Source: Octopus vulgaris (Eukaryota). From it: DNA of 64,000 nt. The position numbers and the translations under genes were made by a program. Below the pieces are notes generated by a model. That model was given only the letters and a program-made list of their open reading frames with translations. It was not told the DNA's origin and did not search any database. Every line of letters starts with the position of its first letter. Within the stretch, counting starts at the first letter, position 1. This document shows, piece after piece, positions 40,700-53,656 of the stretch. Where the stretch lies: positions 105,214,001 through 105,278,000 of the forward strand of contig OX597821.1 in assembly GCA_951406725.2 (NCBI GenBank), given 5' to 3'.

Positions 40700-41220
40700 A
40701 CAAAAGAATAAAAAAAGTTTTTGTTTTTAATACTTTCGAGTATATATCATTCGTTTACCACAATAGAGGGAGGAAAAGAAATTATGTAGAAATATTTTAA
40801 TACTTATACATATTATATAATTAAACATTAACGTAATCTGTAAATATTGATCAATTTGTATATACTTGTATTTGATAAAGGAGTACTGAGGTAAAAGAAC
40901 ATGCTAATAAAATATTAATAAAATTATAATCTAAGCAGTTTAGTTTAAGTAGTGAATATACCAGTATATTTTTATATAAGCTAAGTATGAATTTATGGCG
41001 GTACAAAAATTAGATTTATTGCATAAATAAATAAAGGCTATCATAAAATATTACAGAAATAAAATAATCAGGTAGGGCAGAACACTATAGGAAAGGAATA
41101 AAACAGATTAATCAAGATAAAGTAGATGTAGCTTATTTACAATAGAGAAGATTTATAGGAAATGTATAATTCAAAATATACTAAGCTAAAAATTATATAT
41201 TTACTTATTTAGCTAGTATC
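40700..41220 (+). mobile_element. Possible old PLE GIY-YIG remnant
   Basis: Fragments RAEHYRKG and SRCSLF resemble AxPYxxG..CxLC; very decayed. Confidence 0.3.
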
Positions 41221-41539
41221 AATATATATATATATACCAACATGAACAGGGGTAACCATTTGCAGATAGAAACTTGGAAATAATTGCCAAATCATGTGTG
41301 TTAGCGCATATATGGCTTTATACTAAGCGTATTTACACCCATGACAACTAAATCCTCAATAAGTACTCCCTGGGGCGGTTATGAGGAGTTGTTCCCATGG
41401 TATATTCTATAAATTTTAATTAAATATGTAGAGTATTGAATAATATATAAGTAGCGACTCACAATAAACAATAAAATTACAAGATGAGTAATAGATTTCC
41501 GTCAATGATTACGCTAATACTTTAGTCCCTTGTAATTGC

Positions 41540-42080
41540 TTGGAATTACCTTTGTATCCTGAGCAGGTAACCTGTAATAAGAAACGTGTGTTGGCGTGTT
41601 GTTACACTGTATATACTATTATAGAAATCAAAAAGACCGGACTATGTGGGAGGGTAATTTTCAATGGAACACGAGCGATTTCTTGCATGTTACTGAAACA
41701 GGATTATATCATTGTTTAACGTTGGTTTAAGAAACGCAAGTTGTGATATGATCAAAGCTATTAGTATTAAAGCCTTGTTTATCCCTAATTTAATGTTCTG
41801 CAGCAATGTATAATTTAATGTTACTATTAAATCATTTTGGAATGGATACTGATATTCCAAGGAGGTGCAGCCGTTCAGAAATTCGGTTTTATGTTGCATT
41901 ATTGCTGCTGTTCACAATCAATTCTTATTCAGCAAATCCTTCATCTTCAACAGAAATATCATTTTGTATAACTCTAGATGGACATTATCCAGTGAGAACA
42001 TCCTTTCTCTTAAGATGCTAGTATTTGACCTTAAATAATGTAGCAACAATACCTCTGCTTATGTTCTTCTATAGGGTAAT
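41540..42080 (-). mobile_element. Decayed Helitron Pif1-type helicase fragment
   Basis: Minus strand gives TEFLNGCTS..G/E and TLLQNI in the spacing of PxEFLNSxxxSG...MLLRNL; frames are broken. Confidence 0.4.
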
Positions 42081-42361
42081 TTACTGTTTTCTAAGTTTGA
42101 TTCGTTTCACCCTTTATTCACAATACCAATATAGTTATAAGGGAGGCCAATCTGAAATTAAAAGTATGAAAATGTGAACACAAAAGCATAGGAAACCATT
42201 TTCATGTTACAAATAAGCATTTAAATCATAATATTATATAAACTGCCCAGGTTTCTGTTACCTAAACAGAATAATCATCACACGATTATGACAAATTATT
42301 CGGAACAGAATAGAGATTCAAATAATAGGGTAGAACTCCCAGTAAACATTCAACTCTGTGA

Positions 42362-42362
<1 letters not shown>

Positions 42363-42429
<67 letters not shown>
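42363..42429. repeat. (TG)n microsatellite
   Basis: Direct reading. Confidence 0.95.
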
Positions 42430-42431
<2 letters not shown>

Positions 42432-42659
42432 TGGGACATACGGCTCTCAGTTATGCACTTGAAAGGACCTCCAAATGGTTGTATAAGAAATTGTTGTTAT
42501 GGATAAATGACGAAGGACAAGGATAAGGATATTGGCTTACCCGGGGATGTATGTGTGTATGATAAAGAACTGAACAATATTAAGAAGTACTGACCACTAA
42601 AAGACGAGATTGTATCAAAAACAGCAACGACGACAACAATAAGAATAGTAAAAATAATC

Positions 42660-42872
42660 CTTTCTATTATACGCACAAGATTTGAAATTTTGGTGGCCGA
42701 AGAATGTTGATAACATTGACCTCATTACTGAACTAGTAATTATTTTATCGATCAACCAAGAAAGGATGAAGGTAGAGCCGCCCCGGAGGAATTTGAACAC
42801 AGAACGCAAGTACGGGCGAAATACCGCTAAGCCTATTGCCCGGCGTGCTAACAATTGTGCCAGTTCGCCGCT
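42660..42872 (-). mobile_element. SINE A
   Basis: AAAGGATGAAGG...GGAATTTGAACACAGAACG...GAAATACCGCTAAGC...CGGCGTGCTAAC. Confidence 0.8.
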
Positions 42873-42985
42873 GAAAACGTGAATTCGTTGTTTACACTTT
42901 AACCGTTTGGGAAATCAGCACAGAATTTCAACGGTTTTTCTCTTAAAACTGACAAATGTAGTTGAGTTTAAGCTTGGGCGTTAAG

Positions 42986-43041
42986 GCACGCTGAAGAGGA
43001 TTAAGATGGTCTACATCAAATTCCGAAATCACGACCCATTT
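42986..43041 (+). ncRNA. Decayed hammerhead-like motif
   Basis: GCACG-CTGAAGA-GGATTAAGATG(GTCTA)CATCAAATTCC-GAAA-TCACGA-CC-CATTT. Both core boxes are intact and stem II pairs 8 of 11, but U16.1 and stem I are lost. Confidence 0.4.
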
Positions 43042-43131
43042 AAGATAGTGCAGTTGTGGCTTTGAGTTGCTTTATCTTTAACAAAAGCGGTGCTAGTCAG
43101 TAATCCCTGTGACTTTTGTGACTTCTATTAA

Positions 43132-43208
<77 letters not shown>

Positions 43209-44806
43209 ATATTTGAGAGCTCTGGTAACCCTGTACAATCTTATGCGTGTTGTGGTCGGTATGATGATACGATTCTGAAAATCTTGGTGATTGATAAACT
43301 AGACGTGACAAAGCGTAGACAAACTTAGCTTAGACCAGACGGTCATTGCGTGTAGCTTCGTGAAAACCAAGAATTTCATACATATTTCAATGTCCTCTCT
43401 TCGACATTTAACATACACGCGCGTCCAGTACATGGGGTCTATATGAAATTTTGTCGTGTTTTATAGTATCACAATTTTAAAAATATATCAGATAAAAATA
43501 TAACCTACGCTTCGTTTCCATAGTCATATTTACACATGAGAGTTTTATATAGCTATTAAAAATTCAGTAATTTTAGATGTTATTTGATGGAAATCTGAGT
43601 GTCATAGTAATATTTACAAAATATCAAATTCAATCATTTTCTTCCTTTAATATCTCTTGTGGAAAGAATCGTTAATTAAACGTACTAACATCTGTACATA
43701 TTAAATTCCCGCACACAAATTGTTTAATATACATTGAGAGTGTTTATTTTGTGCACAATATAAGCAATAAATAATGTATTCGCTGACATTTATTTTTTGT
43801 TATAAATTTGTTAGAAATATGTCATATAACTACATGTTTGATTAGATATCGTCGCCAATAAATGATGTATTTTGTGTTAATATTATTTAAGCAATAAGTA
43901 ATGAAAATGTATCTAGCAATTAATTGCATGCGGTGTAAAGTAAAAGAATTGAAGAAATATATAGAGTGTCATTGTTGATCTGCTGTGTCTGGCTTATATG
44001 TACGATAGAAAGAGATTGGGATGTCGTGAGAGTTGTGATTACCTAAATAACATTTGGCAATGTAATGCTATTTGGTTTAAATGAAATAAGAATGGATTTG
44101 TAAACTATTTTGGTTCTAATTTTAATCGACATTATAGCAAAGTTTATAATATTTCAGTTGTGCGTCTTTAGCTGTGTTTATTGCAATAGAGAAGCTGTTT
44201 TTGCTTAAGGCACCACTTTGTAGAAGCTACAGCAAAATATCTGATTTATCTGGTGGTCTTTGGAAAGTAACCTTCTAACTCATCAACTAGTTATTCAATG
44301 CGCAAAGGATATCTATTCAGCTGCAATAAACTATCCTAATACGGAAGGAAACATTAGTTACAATTCAATCGCTGAAAACTTTGGTTCTATCTCGGTTGTC
44401 ACACCCAGAGGTTAGTATTATTTCGAATCTAAGTTACATCCAATAAATAATTAAAGTTCCCTAATTAAGAAGAGCGAGTTCTTTTGAACAGCGTCATTCA
44501 TTTCCCCCGAGGTCTTATTATATCGGAAACAGAATATTTTCAGATAAATCAGAACGTAAGACTATTCAAAATCTTGATTAGGATGTTCTTGAATTCAATT
44601 AGAAACCATGATGAGAAGCAATTAGTCTGAATGATGGAACTTTGGAAGGTTGGAATTATGGGCCAGAAACGTTTTAATGAATATAGAAAAGATATATTAA
44701 TATCGTTTATCACTCTGCATTTCTAATTATAAATCACTATAGAAATAAAATTTTCCTTCTAATACTATATATTTTCATATAATGCGAAAAAAGTGAAGAA
44801 ACCAAA

Positions 44807-45020
44807 GGCGCCAAGCTGGCAGAAGCGTTACCACCTTGGGTCACATGCATAGTTGCATTTCGTCCCTCCATACCTTCTGATATCAAATTCCACCGATATA
44901 GACTTTGTCTTTCCCCCTTTTGAGGTCGTTGGATTATGTACCAGTTGCGCTCTGGAGTCGATATAATCGATTTACCCATGACCCTGAAAATGCCGATTTT
45001 GTGTGAAACACTGAAACCGA
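44807..45020 (+). mobile_element. SINE A, diverged
   Basis: GGCGCCAAGCTGGCAGAAGCGTTA...TCAAATTCCACCG...GTACCAGTTGCGC. Confidence 0.75.
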
Positions 45021-46030
45021 TAATTGTCCAAATGATTAATTAGGTATACAAATAAAGAATAAAGAAGATTGCTTCCTGACTGGTTGTTGCATTATTTGCT
45101 GCTGTTCATGTCCGATTACACAAGGTTTCAAAGAGGCTATTCTAGAATAAACTCTCACCTGGAAATGTAGGACAAAGACAAAATCCAGGCGATAGGTTCA
45201 TAAGACGATCTAAAACTCATAAGAAGACGCCTATAGTTTGTGTCACAAATTAAAAATTCATGCATGAAAATACCAGTGGTGTTTACTAGTTTGTAATAAT
45301 ATGCTATTTATCGAAAGGTCAAGTGTAAATCTTCATGAGTATGGATTTCAGCTAAACTGCAATTTGGGTGAAGCTTCTATTGATGTATTTGTACGCAATA
45401 TTCAGTGCGTCTACTTTTGTTGAGCAATGTGCAGTTATTTTCCTCGTGTAGAGTTCATTACGGAATGCACATGATTGTTTTCTTCTGTATGATAAAATTA
45501 TGATATATTCCTGAGTAGGGACAGGTTTATCGCAAACTATACTCCAGTATTTTGTAAATTAGTCATGAAATAAACGTTTAATGATATATTGTCAGTTTAA
45601 AAGAAATGGGTTTAAAAGGTTTTTGTAGTCAGTACAGGTCTATTAAAGTTTTACCACTTTAGAATTGCGGAAAGGTCAAATTCAAATTCAGTGATTATTT
45701 TAAAAGAAAAGGTTGCAACCCCACCCCTATTTAATACACTTATGAAATAAATAATATCGCACCGTGAGTATAGAGACAAAGAGCTCAATGATGCATTTCT
45801 GATGAACGTCATCTCAAATCTCATTTACATCATACGGTGTCGCTTTGAAGAAAGACAGCCTCATTAAATGATATATCTCTATGTGCATTGATTATTAGAC
45901 AATATCTTTACTGTTATTATGTCTTTGATCATATGCATACACAATCAGATTTAAACAATATTAACACCAACATCAACATCAGAATCACTACCATCAACAT
46001 AAAACCCGACAAATACATGAATCATTTATG

Positions 46031-46080
46031 CATTGCATAAGACATTAACATACCATTGCATAAGACATTAACATACCATT
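46031..46080. repeat. 23-bp tandem duplication CATTGCATAAGACATTAACATAC, ~2.2 copies
   Basis: Direct reading. Confidence 0.9.
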
Positions 46081-48074
46081 CCATTTACCAATTAAATAAT
46101 TTTAAAATTTCAGCGTTCATTATCGCTTAAAATATATTTTCATAGCCAATACTTTTGAACTTAGAAAACTTTCTTTTTTCATCTCAGTCATGTGATATTA
46201 AATTTATATTACTTAAGCTGTTTGTTCCCGAGTTACAGAGAAATATTATATGAACATTATAATTCAGGCGGAAAGTTTTTGGTTATTTTCTGTTCGCCAG
46301 AAATGTCTAATGTTTTAAGATCATTAAGCCATCTTACCTCAATGAAAATTCATAGATTTTCTGCCTTTATTGTTTGCTTCCTTTCTTCGAAGTATCAAAG
46401 CGCATTAGTAATAAAGTTTTAATTACACGTCTTGTTTAGCAAATTAATCAATCCGTATCTAAGTTAAATAAAAGTGATGCTTTGATCGGATGAAACAACT
46501 AAATTTGAATACAAATGCAATTAAAATGCTGCTTCATTTTAAATCGGTGTCTGAGACTATATTGCAAATTTGTCTATAAAAGAAGAAAAACTTTCTATTT
46601 CGATTGATTGGTAAAGTAATCAATATCCAGAAATTAGTATATTAAACAACATTATATTGTAACTTGATTGATTAGTATAAAAGGCCTATAATCAAAACAA
46701 TTTCGTTGACTGGCTACAGTGTTTGAAATTGTAATTTAGCAAGATTCCGCTGGCTAAATTTTAATGCTTCATTGGTTGCTCAGACATAATCTATTTGAAA
46801 TTTCAAATGGTAATTAGCCGAACTGACAAATGGCTAATTGTGGTTTATTTGTGCTAAGGAATCACATTAGTAATACAATAAGTATATTTATGCATAATTG
46901 TAGGCAACATTCTTAACTAGTGCATACAATTTTATACATACATATATGCATACACACATAACTATCACTTCATACGCTGCATAACCGTAGTTATTTGAAA
47001 TGAAATATTATAAAGGTTATGTTTGAGAGGTTCGAGATCAGATACACTGATACAATAAAACAATTTTCACCTGGATGACTTGTGTCTAAAGTAATTCAAA
47101 TACGCTAAGTTTAAACGGCAGGAGAATCGCCTCAAAATACTTTCATTCATCATCTATAATTGTTACAACCTTTCAAATATCAAAATTTGTAATTAATTTG
47201 TCTAATTGTGCCTAAAGGCAGATTATTATTCATTACATTCTTCTTCATTCAAATGCATTCGATTCAACAACTCATTATTTACCCCGAATACAACTTATTG
47301 ATATATTATTAGCTGTCTGACAAAAATAAACAGTTACTAAGTGCCGTATTATGCCATTTCATTTATTAAATAGAGATCATAGCTTCTTGATCAACGGACA
47401 CAAATAATAAACTTAATTTTGTTTATTAATTTGGAAAACAATAGGAGGAAAATTCGGCAAACTTCAAACAAGTGTCATGAACTGAGCCAGACATCTAAAT
47501 ATCAAAACACCATATCGTAAACAAATTACGAAACAATGTGGTGCTTTCTTTGAGAAGATGATAAATTTGTCGCGAGAGCAGTGGAATATGATGATATTGG
47601 TCATCGCGTTCATTCCGTCCATGGGAAAATATTTGCCATTCAATAGGAGCTTGTTTCATATATATATATCGCTATGATTATATTATGCAATACGACAGTC
47701 CTGTTTAAGACAAATGGCACTGTATGATTAAATAGTATTTTCCCTACTCGAACAAAAGATATACAAATTCTATCGTTGTCATATATCACAGATGGGTGAT
47801 GGTAAAATTGCTTGTAAATTCAACAACTTTGAGTATAGAAGCGTAAATTATGGTTTAAGAAAGCATACTTTCTACGAATCTATACCTGACCGATAATTTA
47901 TTTTATAATTTATCTATGTCGCAAAGTTAGGAATAATCATGAAATGTCTTCTCAATAATAGATATTAGAATCGTGATAACTCGGTGATATATTCGCCGCT
48001 ACATAGCTCTTTCTAAAATCAGCAGCTTTCGTTTGATTGCCTATTTATATAAGCAATGATATGTGTGTATGGGA

Positions 48075-48400
48075 AGGCGCGTGGCTTAGAGGTTAGGGTA
48101 TTCCATTTACGATTGTAAGGTCGTGCGTTCAATTCCCGACGACGCGTTGTATCCTCGAGCAAGACACTTTATTTCACGTTGCTCCAGTCCACTCAGCTGG
48201 CAAAAATGAGTTGTAACTGCATTTAAAAGGGCCAGGCTTGCCACACTCTGTGTCACGCTGAATCTTCCTCCCTGAAAACTATGCTAGGGGTACGCGTGTC
48301 TGTGGATTGCTCAGCTACTAGCACCTTAATTTCACGAGCAAGCTGTTCCGTTGATCGCATCAGCTGGGGCCCACGTCGTCGTAACCGACGGATTGCTACT
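48075..48400 (+). mobile_element. SINE family C, full length
   Basis: GGCGCGTGGCTTAGAGGTTAG (A box), GTTCAATTCC (B box), GAGCAAGACACTTTATTTCAC core, tail GTCGTCGTAACCGACGG. Confidence 0.88.
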
Positions 48401-49079
48401 TTAATGTGTGTGTGTGTGTTGTTTTTCTGATTTGCTTCTATCCCAGATCACACTCTGTATAATGTAGAAGTGTCTTTCTTATTTTATGTTGGCAACCAAT
48501 CGTGTTAATATGACAGTGCTAGTCGCTAGGTCATATTCTGCCCTGCTTGGTAACACGCTAAGGAATTTTGTACCAATAAAAAAAAAAAGTTTTATTTCTC
48601 GCTATTTGAAATTGAGAAAAAAAAATTGAAGGAACTCAAACTAGCATTATATTTGAAGTTTCACAATTGTTGTTCTTTTCCTCAATATACTTGTGCCTCA
48701 CTGATAAAGAATATAATACTGATATTACAGTAAACTCTTTTTTATCTATTTTCCATTCATCTCCGTCTTGGGAGTGTTCAGTGCAGATATTCTAAAATCG
48801 CATGATACTTTCAGTTATTAATATTGAGATGAAAATGAATTTAGACGACAACAAAGAAAAGCAAACTGTTATCTTAGGAACTTCATTAGCTTATAGCTGT
48901 TTCTACCACGAAGTGCCATGAAGTGCATTGCACTCACCGTTATGAGCATAAGCATCACCCTATTCAGGTTTGCATCTCCGATGAAGCTGCAGAGTGATAC
49001 TCAAATAATAAACTTGAAATACATGGCATCTTATACCAGGAACAGCTGTAAAGAAATGGAATTTATAGCATATTTATTT

Positions 49080-49228
49080 TATTCTTTTACTTGTTTCAGT
49101 CTTTTGCTGAACCGTTAAGGTACGGGGAGGTTATCACACCAGCATTAGTTGTCATGTGTTGTTGGGAGGACAAACACATACACAAACTTACACACATAGA
49201 CAGACAGGTACACACACACATGTATATG

Positions 49229-49279
<51 letters not shown>

Positions 49280-49432
49280 CGGGCTTCTTTCAGACTCCGT
49301 CTACCAAATCCACTCACAAGGCTTTGGTCGGCCCGAAGTTGTATTAGAAGTTACTCGGATTAGGTGCCACACAGTGAGTCTGAACCAGGGAACATGTGGT
49401 TGGTAAGCAAGCTACTTACTATACAGCCAGTC
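49080..49432 (-). mobile_element. SINE family B
   Basis: Reverse complement of the B modules, including the internal TA tract at 49221-49277. Confidence 0.82.
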
Positions 49433-49589
49433 GTAATTGTTTACTTTCTTTACCATCACTTTTTCTTATTAGCGCCCTCGACGGAGGCTTCGTGCTGAAG
49501 TACATGTAGATTGAGTTCTAACAACAGGTTATTAGCACTGCAATCCCCAAGGCCACTCAGGCTGAGGAGTGTACGTCGGCCACATCAAC

Positions 49590-49730
49590 CACAATTCCCA
49601 ACTGGAACTTATTTCATCGACCCTGAAATGGTGGAAGTCAAAATAGACTTCGGCTGAAATTGAATTGCGAACCTAAAAACGCAGGAAATGACACTAACGA
49701 ATTTCTCCGGCGTGCTAACGATGCAGCCAG
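49590..49730 (-). mobile_element. SINE A, diverged
   Basis: AACTGGAACTTATTTCATCGACCCTGAAA...CCGGCGTGCTAACGATGCAGCCAG. Confidence 0.7.
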
Positions 49731-49842
49731 TGAAATATTTATACATACATACATACATACGTACACACACACACACACTCACACACATATATATAAATGT
49801 GTATGTATGTATGTATGTATATATATATATATATATACATAT

Positions 49843-49920
<78 letters not shown>

Positions 49921-49943
49921 TTGAAGTGGTGAACAGATGTTAC

Positions 49944-50329
49944 ATATTGAGAAAAAAGAGGCAGTCAGAATTTTGGATAACTCTTTATTAGCGCTTTCGT
50001 TCGTTTATCGAAGTCGTCAAGTCAAAATCAAATTGATAAAAACAACGTTTTGTTGTTTATTTATATGAATCGGATGCTTTGGGGCTTTGTTTAGGAGGCG
50101 AGAAAAATATTTATGTCGTTCCCCTTTTCCAAAAGAGCAAAAATATTTTTATCCTTTTCTAAGATAAGCAAAAAAAAAAAATAATAAGATAAGGAAATCC
50201 GATTCATATAAATGGACAACGAAAGGGTCTGTTTTTATCTTCTTTATTTTGTCTTGAGTTCGATAAACGAGAGCGAAAACGCTAATAAAGATTTATGTAA
50301 CATTCTGACTCTGTTCTTCTTCTCAATAT
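49944..50329. repeat. Fold-back element with ~130-bp imperfect inverted arms
   Basis: 49944-50075 pairs with 50197-50329 (TATTGAGAA/TTCTCAATA, GTCAGAAT/ATTCTGAC, CTTTATTAGCG/CGCTAATAAAG, TCGTTTATCGAA/TTCGATAAACGA, ATTTATATGAATCGGAT/ATCCGATTCATATAAAT). Confidence 0.85.
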
Positions 50330-50331
50330 AT

Positions 50332-51392
50332 AGAGAAAGCATATAACAGAGTGGATAAGGAAGCAATGTGGCAGGTGTTGCGGTTGAATAAAGCAGATGG
50401 TAGATTAGTGAGAACTGTTCAGAGTTTTTACAGATATAGTAGAGCGGGCGTCAATGTGGGTGGTGAAGTAAGTGAGTTGTTTGGTGTGAAGGTGGGGTTA
50501 AGACCAGGGTTGTGTGATGTCTCCGTTGCTGTTAAATTTATGTATGGATGGTGTGGTGGTAGAGGTAAATGTTAGAATCCTTGCAGGGAACCCAACTGAT
50601 GGGGAAAATGGAGAGAAATGGCATGCGAGTCAGTTACTGGTTGCTAATAATACGACACTGGTGGCGGATTTGGAAGAGTAACTGAAGAGACTGGTGGTAG
50701 ACTTTGGGCGAGTGCATGAGAGGAGGAAACTGAGAGTGAATGCAGCTAAGACTAAGGTGAGGAAATGGCTGGTAGAATTGATATTTTCAAGTATCTGGGA
50801 TCGCACGTGACGGCGGATGGTGGGGTTGGTTAAGGAGGTGGTATATAGAGTGAGCTGGCAGAATCGTTAACATGCCGGGCGAAATGCTTAGCGGTATTTC
50901 GTCTGCCGCTACGTTCTGAGTTCAAATTCCGCCGAGGTCGACTTTGCCTTTCATCCTTTCGGGGTCGATTAAATAAGTACCAGTTGCGCACTGGGGTCGA
51001 TGTCATCGACTTAATCCGTTTGTCTGTCTTTGCTTGTCCTCTCCTTGTTTAGCTCCTTGTGGGTAGTAAAGAAATAGGTATATAGAGTGAGAGAGATGAG
51101 TAAGATACTTGGAGTTTTTAAAGGAACCCTCAGAGATAAAAGGCTGGATATGAAAGCCAAAAGAGGTCTGTATGAAGGTGTGATTGTGCCTACAATGTTA
51201 TATCGTACGGAGACGTGGGAGTTGAGAGAGGCAGAAAGGAGGCAACTTGATGTTTTTGAGATGATATGTTTGAGGGCTATGGTGATGTGAAACGGATGGG
51301 CAAGATGAGGAATGAGGAAGTGGGAAGACTAGCAGGGGTGAGAGAGAAACTAACGACCAAATTGGATAGACTTATGTCGAGGTTCTTTGAAC
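50332..51392 (+). mobile_element. Decayed RTE-clade LINE fragment
   Basis: EKAYNRVDKEAMW, VGLRPG/CVMSPLL, FKYLGS, VPTMLYRTETW, LDVFEMICLR; interrupted by a SINE. Confidence 0.88.
50852..51080 (+). mobile_element. Young SINE A inserted in the RTE fragment with 15-bp TSD
   Basis: GGTATATAGAGTGAG occurs at 50840-50854 and 51077-51091. Confidence 0.92.
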
Positions 51393-51935
51393 ATATAACG
51401 CCCACTGTCCAATGGACGGTGCTGAGTTGTTAAACATTTAAACCAAATTTTCTCAAAACAACTTGTCCGACTGCCCCATAGGCCTCCCCTTTGAGAAACA
51501 CTGATTTAACCTAAATTTGAGACACCAGCCAAAGAAGAAATAAAGATAGACATTTTTTTTCTATTCCAACGAAAAACGATTTTATTCACACAAATATGCA
51601 ACCGAAGATTTTAAAGATTTTAAATGATAAGGTTGTTGACTGGGAGAACACAAACATGATTTAAATAGTAAGCTTAGCAGCAAAGCTACGTATCTTTAAG
51701 CAGTACACAAACAACAGAAAATGGAAGGTGGAGTTATGCACAGGTTGACAGAAGAAAAGCAGGACCTAATGGCTTTATCGATCGCATTCTGACCTGGAAT
51801 CGATTTTTGTAATTTTTTCAAATCTGATACACGCGCTGATACCGTCGGTATCTACATATCAAATTTGAGCGCAATCGGATGGAGGATGCTCGAGACCCGA
51901 GAAGACACACAGACAGAACGGATTTTATATAAGAG
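51393..51935 (-). mobile_element. Non-autonomous Helitron-like element, copy 1
   Basis: Minus-strand 5' end TCTCTTATATAAAATCCGTTCTGTCTG; subterminal hairpin CCGTCC-ATT-GGACAG near the 3' end. Both ends are shared with 54430-54817. Confidence 0.65.
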
Positions 51936-53384
51936 ATATGTATAATGAAAAGGAGAGAGAGAGAGCAACATATGTTTATGTATGTGTGTATGTATTTCAG
52001 CAAAACATTCAGCATCGCACCATGATTACTACTCTCCGTTTAAATCATCACTTTTCCATCCTCAAATTGGAGAAGGGAACTTTATTTACGAATCGTAAGC
52101 CATATTTCAAACAATGTAATGAGAGTATCTATAGTAGAAGTATCAGGAAAACCATAATTGCACTATACAGAAATTAGTAGAAGAAGAATATAGGGAACAT
52201 TAATTCACTGGTTTTTCCAAAGCTTAAATACAAAATCTAACAGACAACATATGATGTGGTAGAAATAAGCTAATGGAAGTAAAAACCATACTGTGAAGAA
52301 ACTGCAGATAGCTAAACATATGTAAGAATATTGCAGCTAATAAAGAGAAAAAAATATCCCCCAAAATAGAATATAATTGCGAAAATGTATCTACATTGAA
52401 TCATAAAAAAATCTCAGTATAACATATGAAATGTTTTAGATATAACAACCGCCAAATAGCTAAGTACAACACACTCTAAATATCCAGCAACAATTCCATA
52501 TTCAAACAACAAAGATATATCTTTCTCACTTTCTTAAAAATCCAAACATAAAAGAAGAACAAAAACGCCAAACAAAATGAATAGTTTTACTATTTACTTT
52601 AAAATATGATTTTATGTCCGCACACTTTTATGGGCGTAGAAAAGTATTATCCACGAAAATATCTGATGGGTAATTTAGACATGAAATTCTTATTATCAGT
52701 AGGGATTATTGGAGGTACAGTACCTGTGAAGATTTTTTGAGGAATCTGTAAATTACTAAATAGATCTTTCCACTTACTCATACCTTTTAGAGTAATATCA
52801 CAAGACTTTCTCACAATTACACAACTTGCACGGCGCACCTCATACACAGTGGATACTGGTTATTGCCGCACGGTAGTTCGAAGATAACATAAATCGAACT
52901 AAACTTCGATGCCCCACAAAATATGTCTAAACGAGAACTACCAGGCCCACAGACTGTTTATGTACGAGTAACACTAGATAACGTTACATAAACACAATTA
53001 TGAAGTCATTATGAAATAAAAATAATATCTTTATATTTCATAAGTCCTTGGTCATTTTATAGAATACGCAACAATTAAAGCTACAAACTAAATTTACACA
53101 ATGTACAATATAAAAATATGTATATGTCTCTTAATGTACGTTGATTAATCACAACATATCTATTCCTGAGTATAATAAAACCGATTACAAACTGGTCATT
53201 ACAGGCATCATTGTCTATATCGTTCCTGCTCAACTTCAGTTTTCACTGCAACAACGGCAAATAAGCTGAAAAGGACAGAAAAGAAATGCGATGTTTCCCA
53301 GTAGTATATTACGTTGGTCATGCATTCAAAGCTCTGATCCAAATAAACATATAGATAAAAAAATCATTAACGACTTATTAATAT

Positions 53385-53656
53385 TTATTTATGCACCCTT
53401 TTCTATGGCGTATGTGTTGTCCCCAGCTAGATGGGACACCAGTCCATCGCAGCTTCACTCACAAAACAGGAAGATAGAGTGAGAGAAAATTGGGGCGAAA
53501 GAGTACAACAGCGGTCGCCACCATCCCCTGCCGAAGCCTCGTTGGGCTTTTGGTGCTTTCCCTCAACAAACAAACACAACGCCCGGTCTAGGAATCGAAA
53601 CTACGATGCTCTGACCGCGAGTCCGCTACCCTAACAACTGGGCCAGTGCGCCCCCA
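53385..53656 (-). mobile_element. tRNA-derived SINE family D
   Basis: Minus head GGCGCACTGGCCCAGTTGTTAGGGTAGCGGACTCGCGG...GTTTCGATTCC; tail GCGATGGACTGGTGTCCCATC. Confidence 0.82.
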
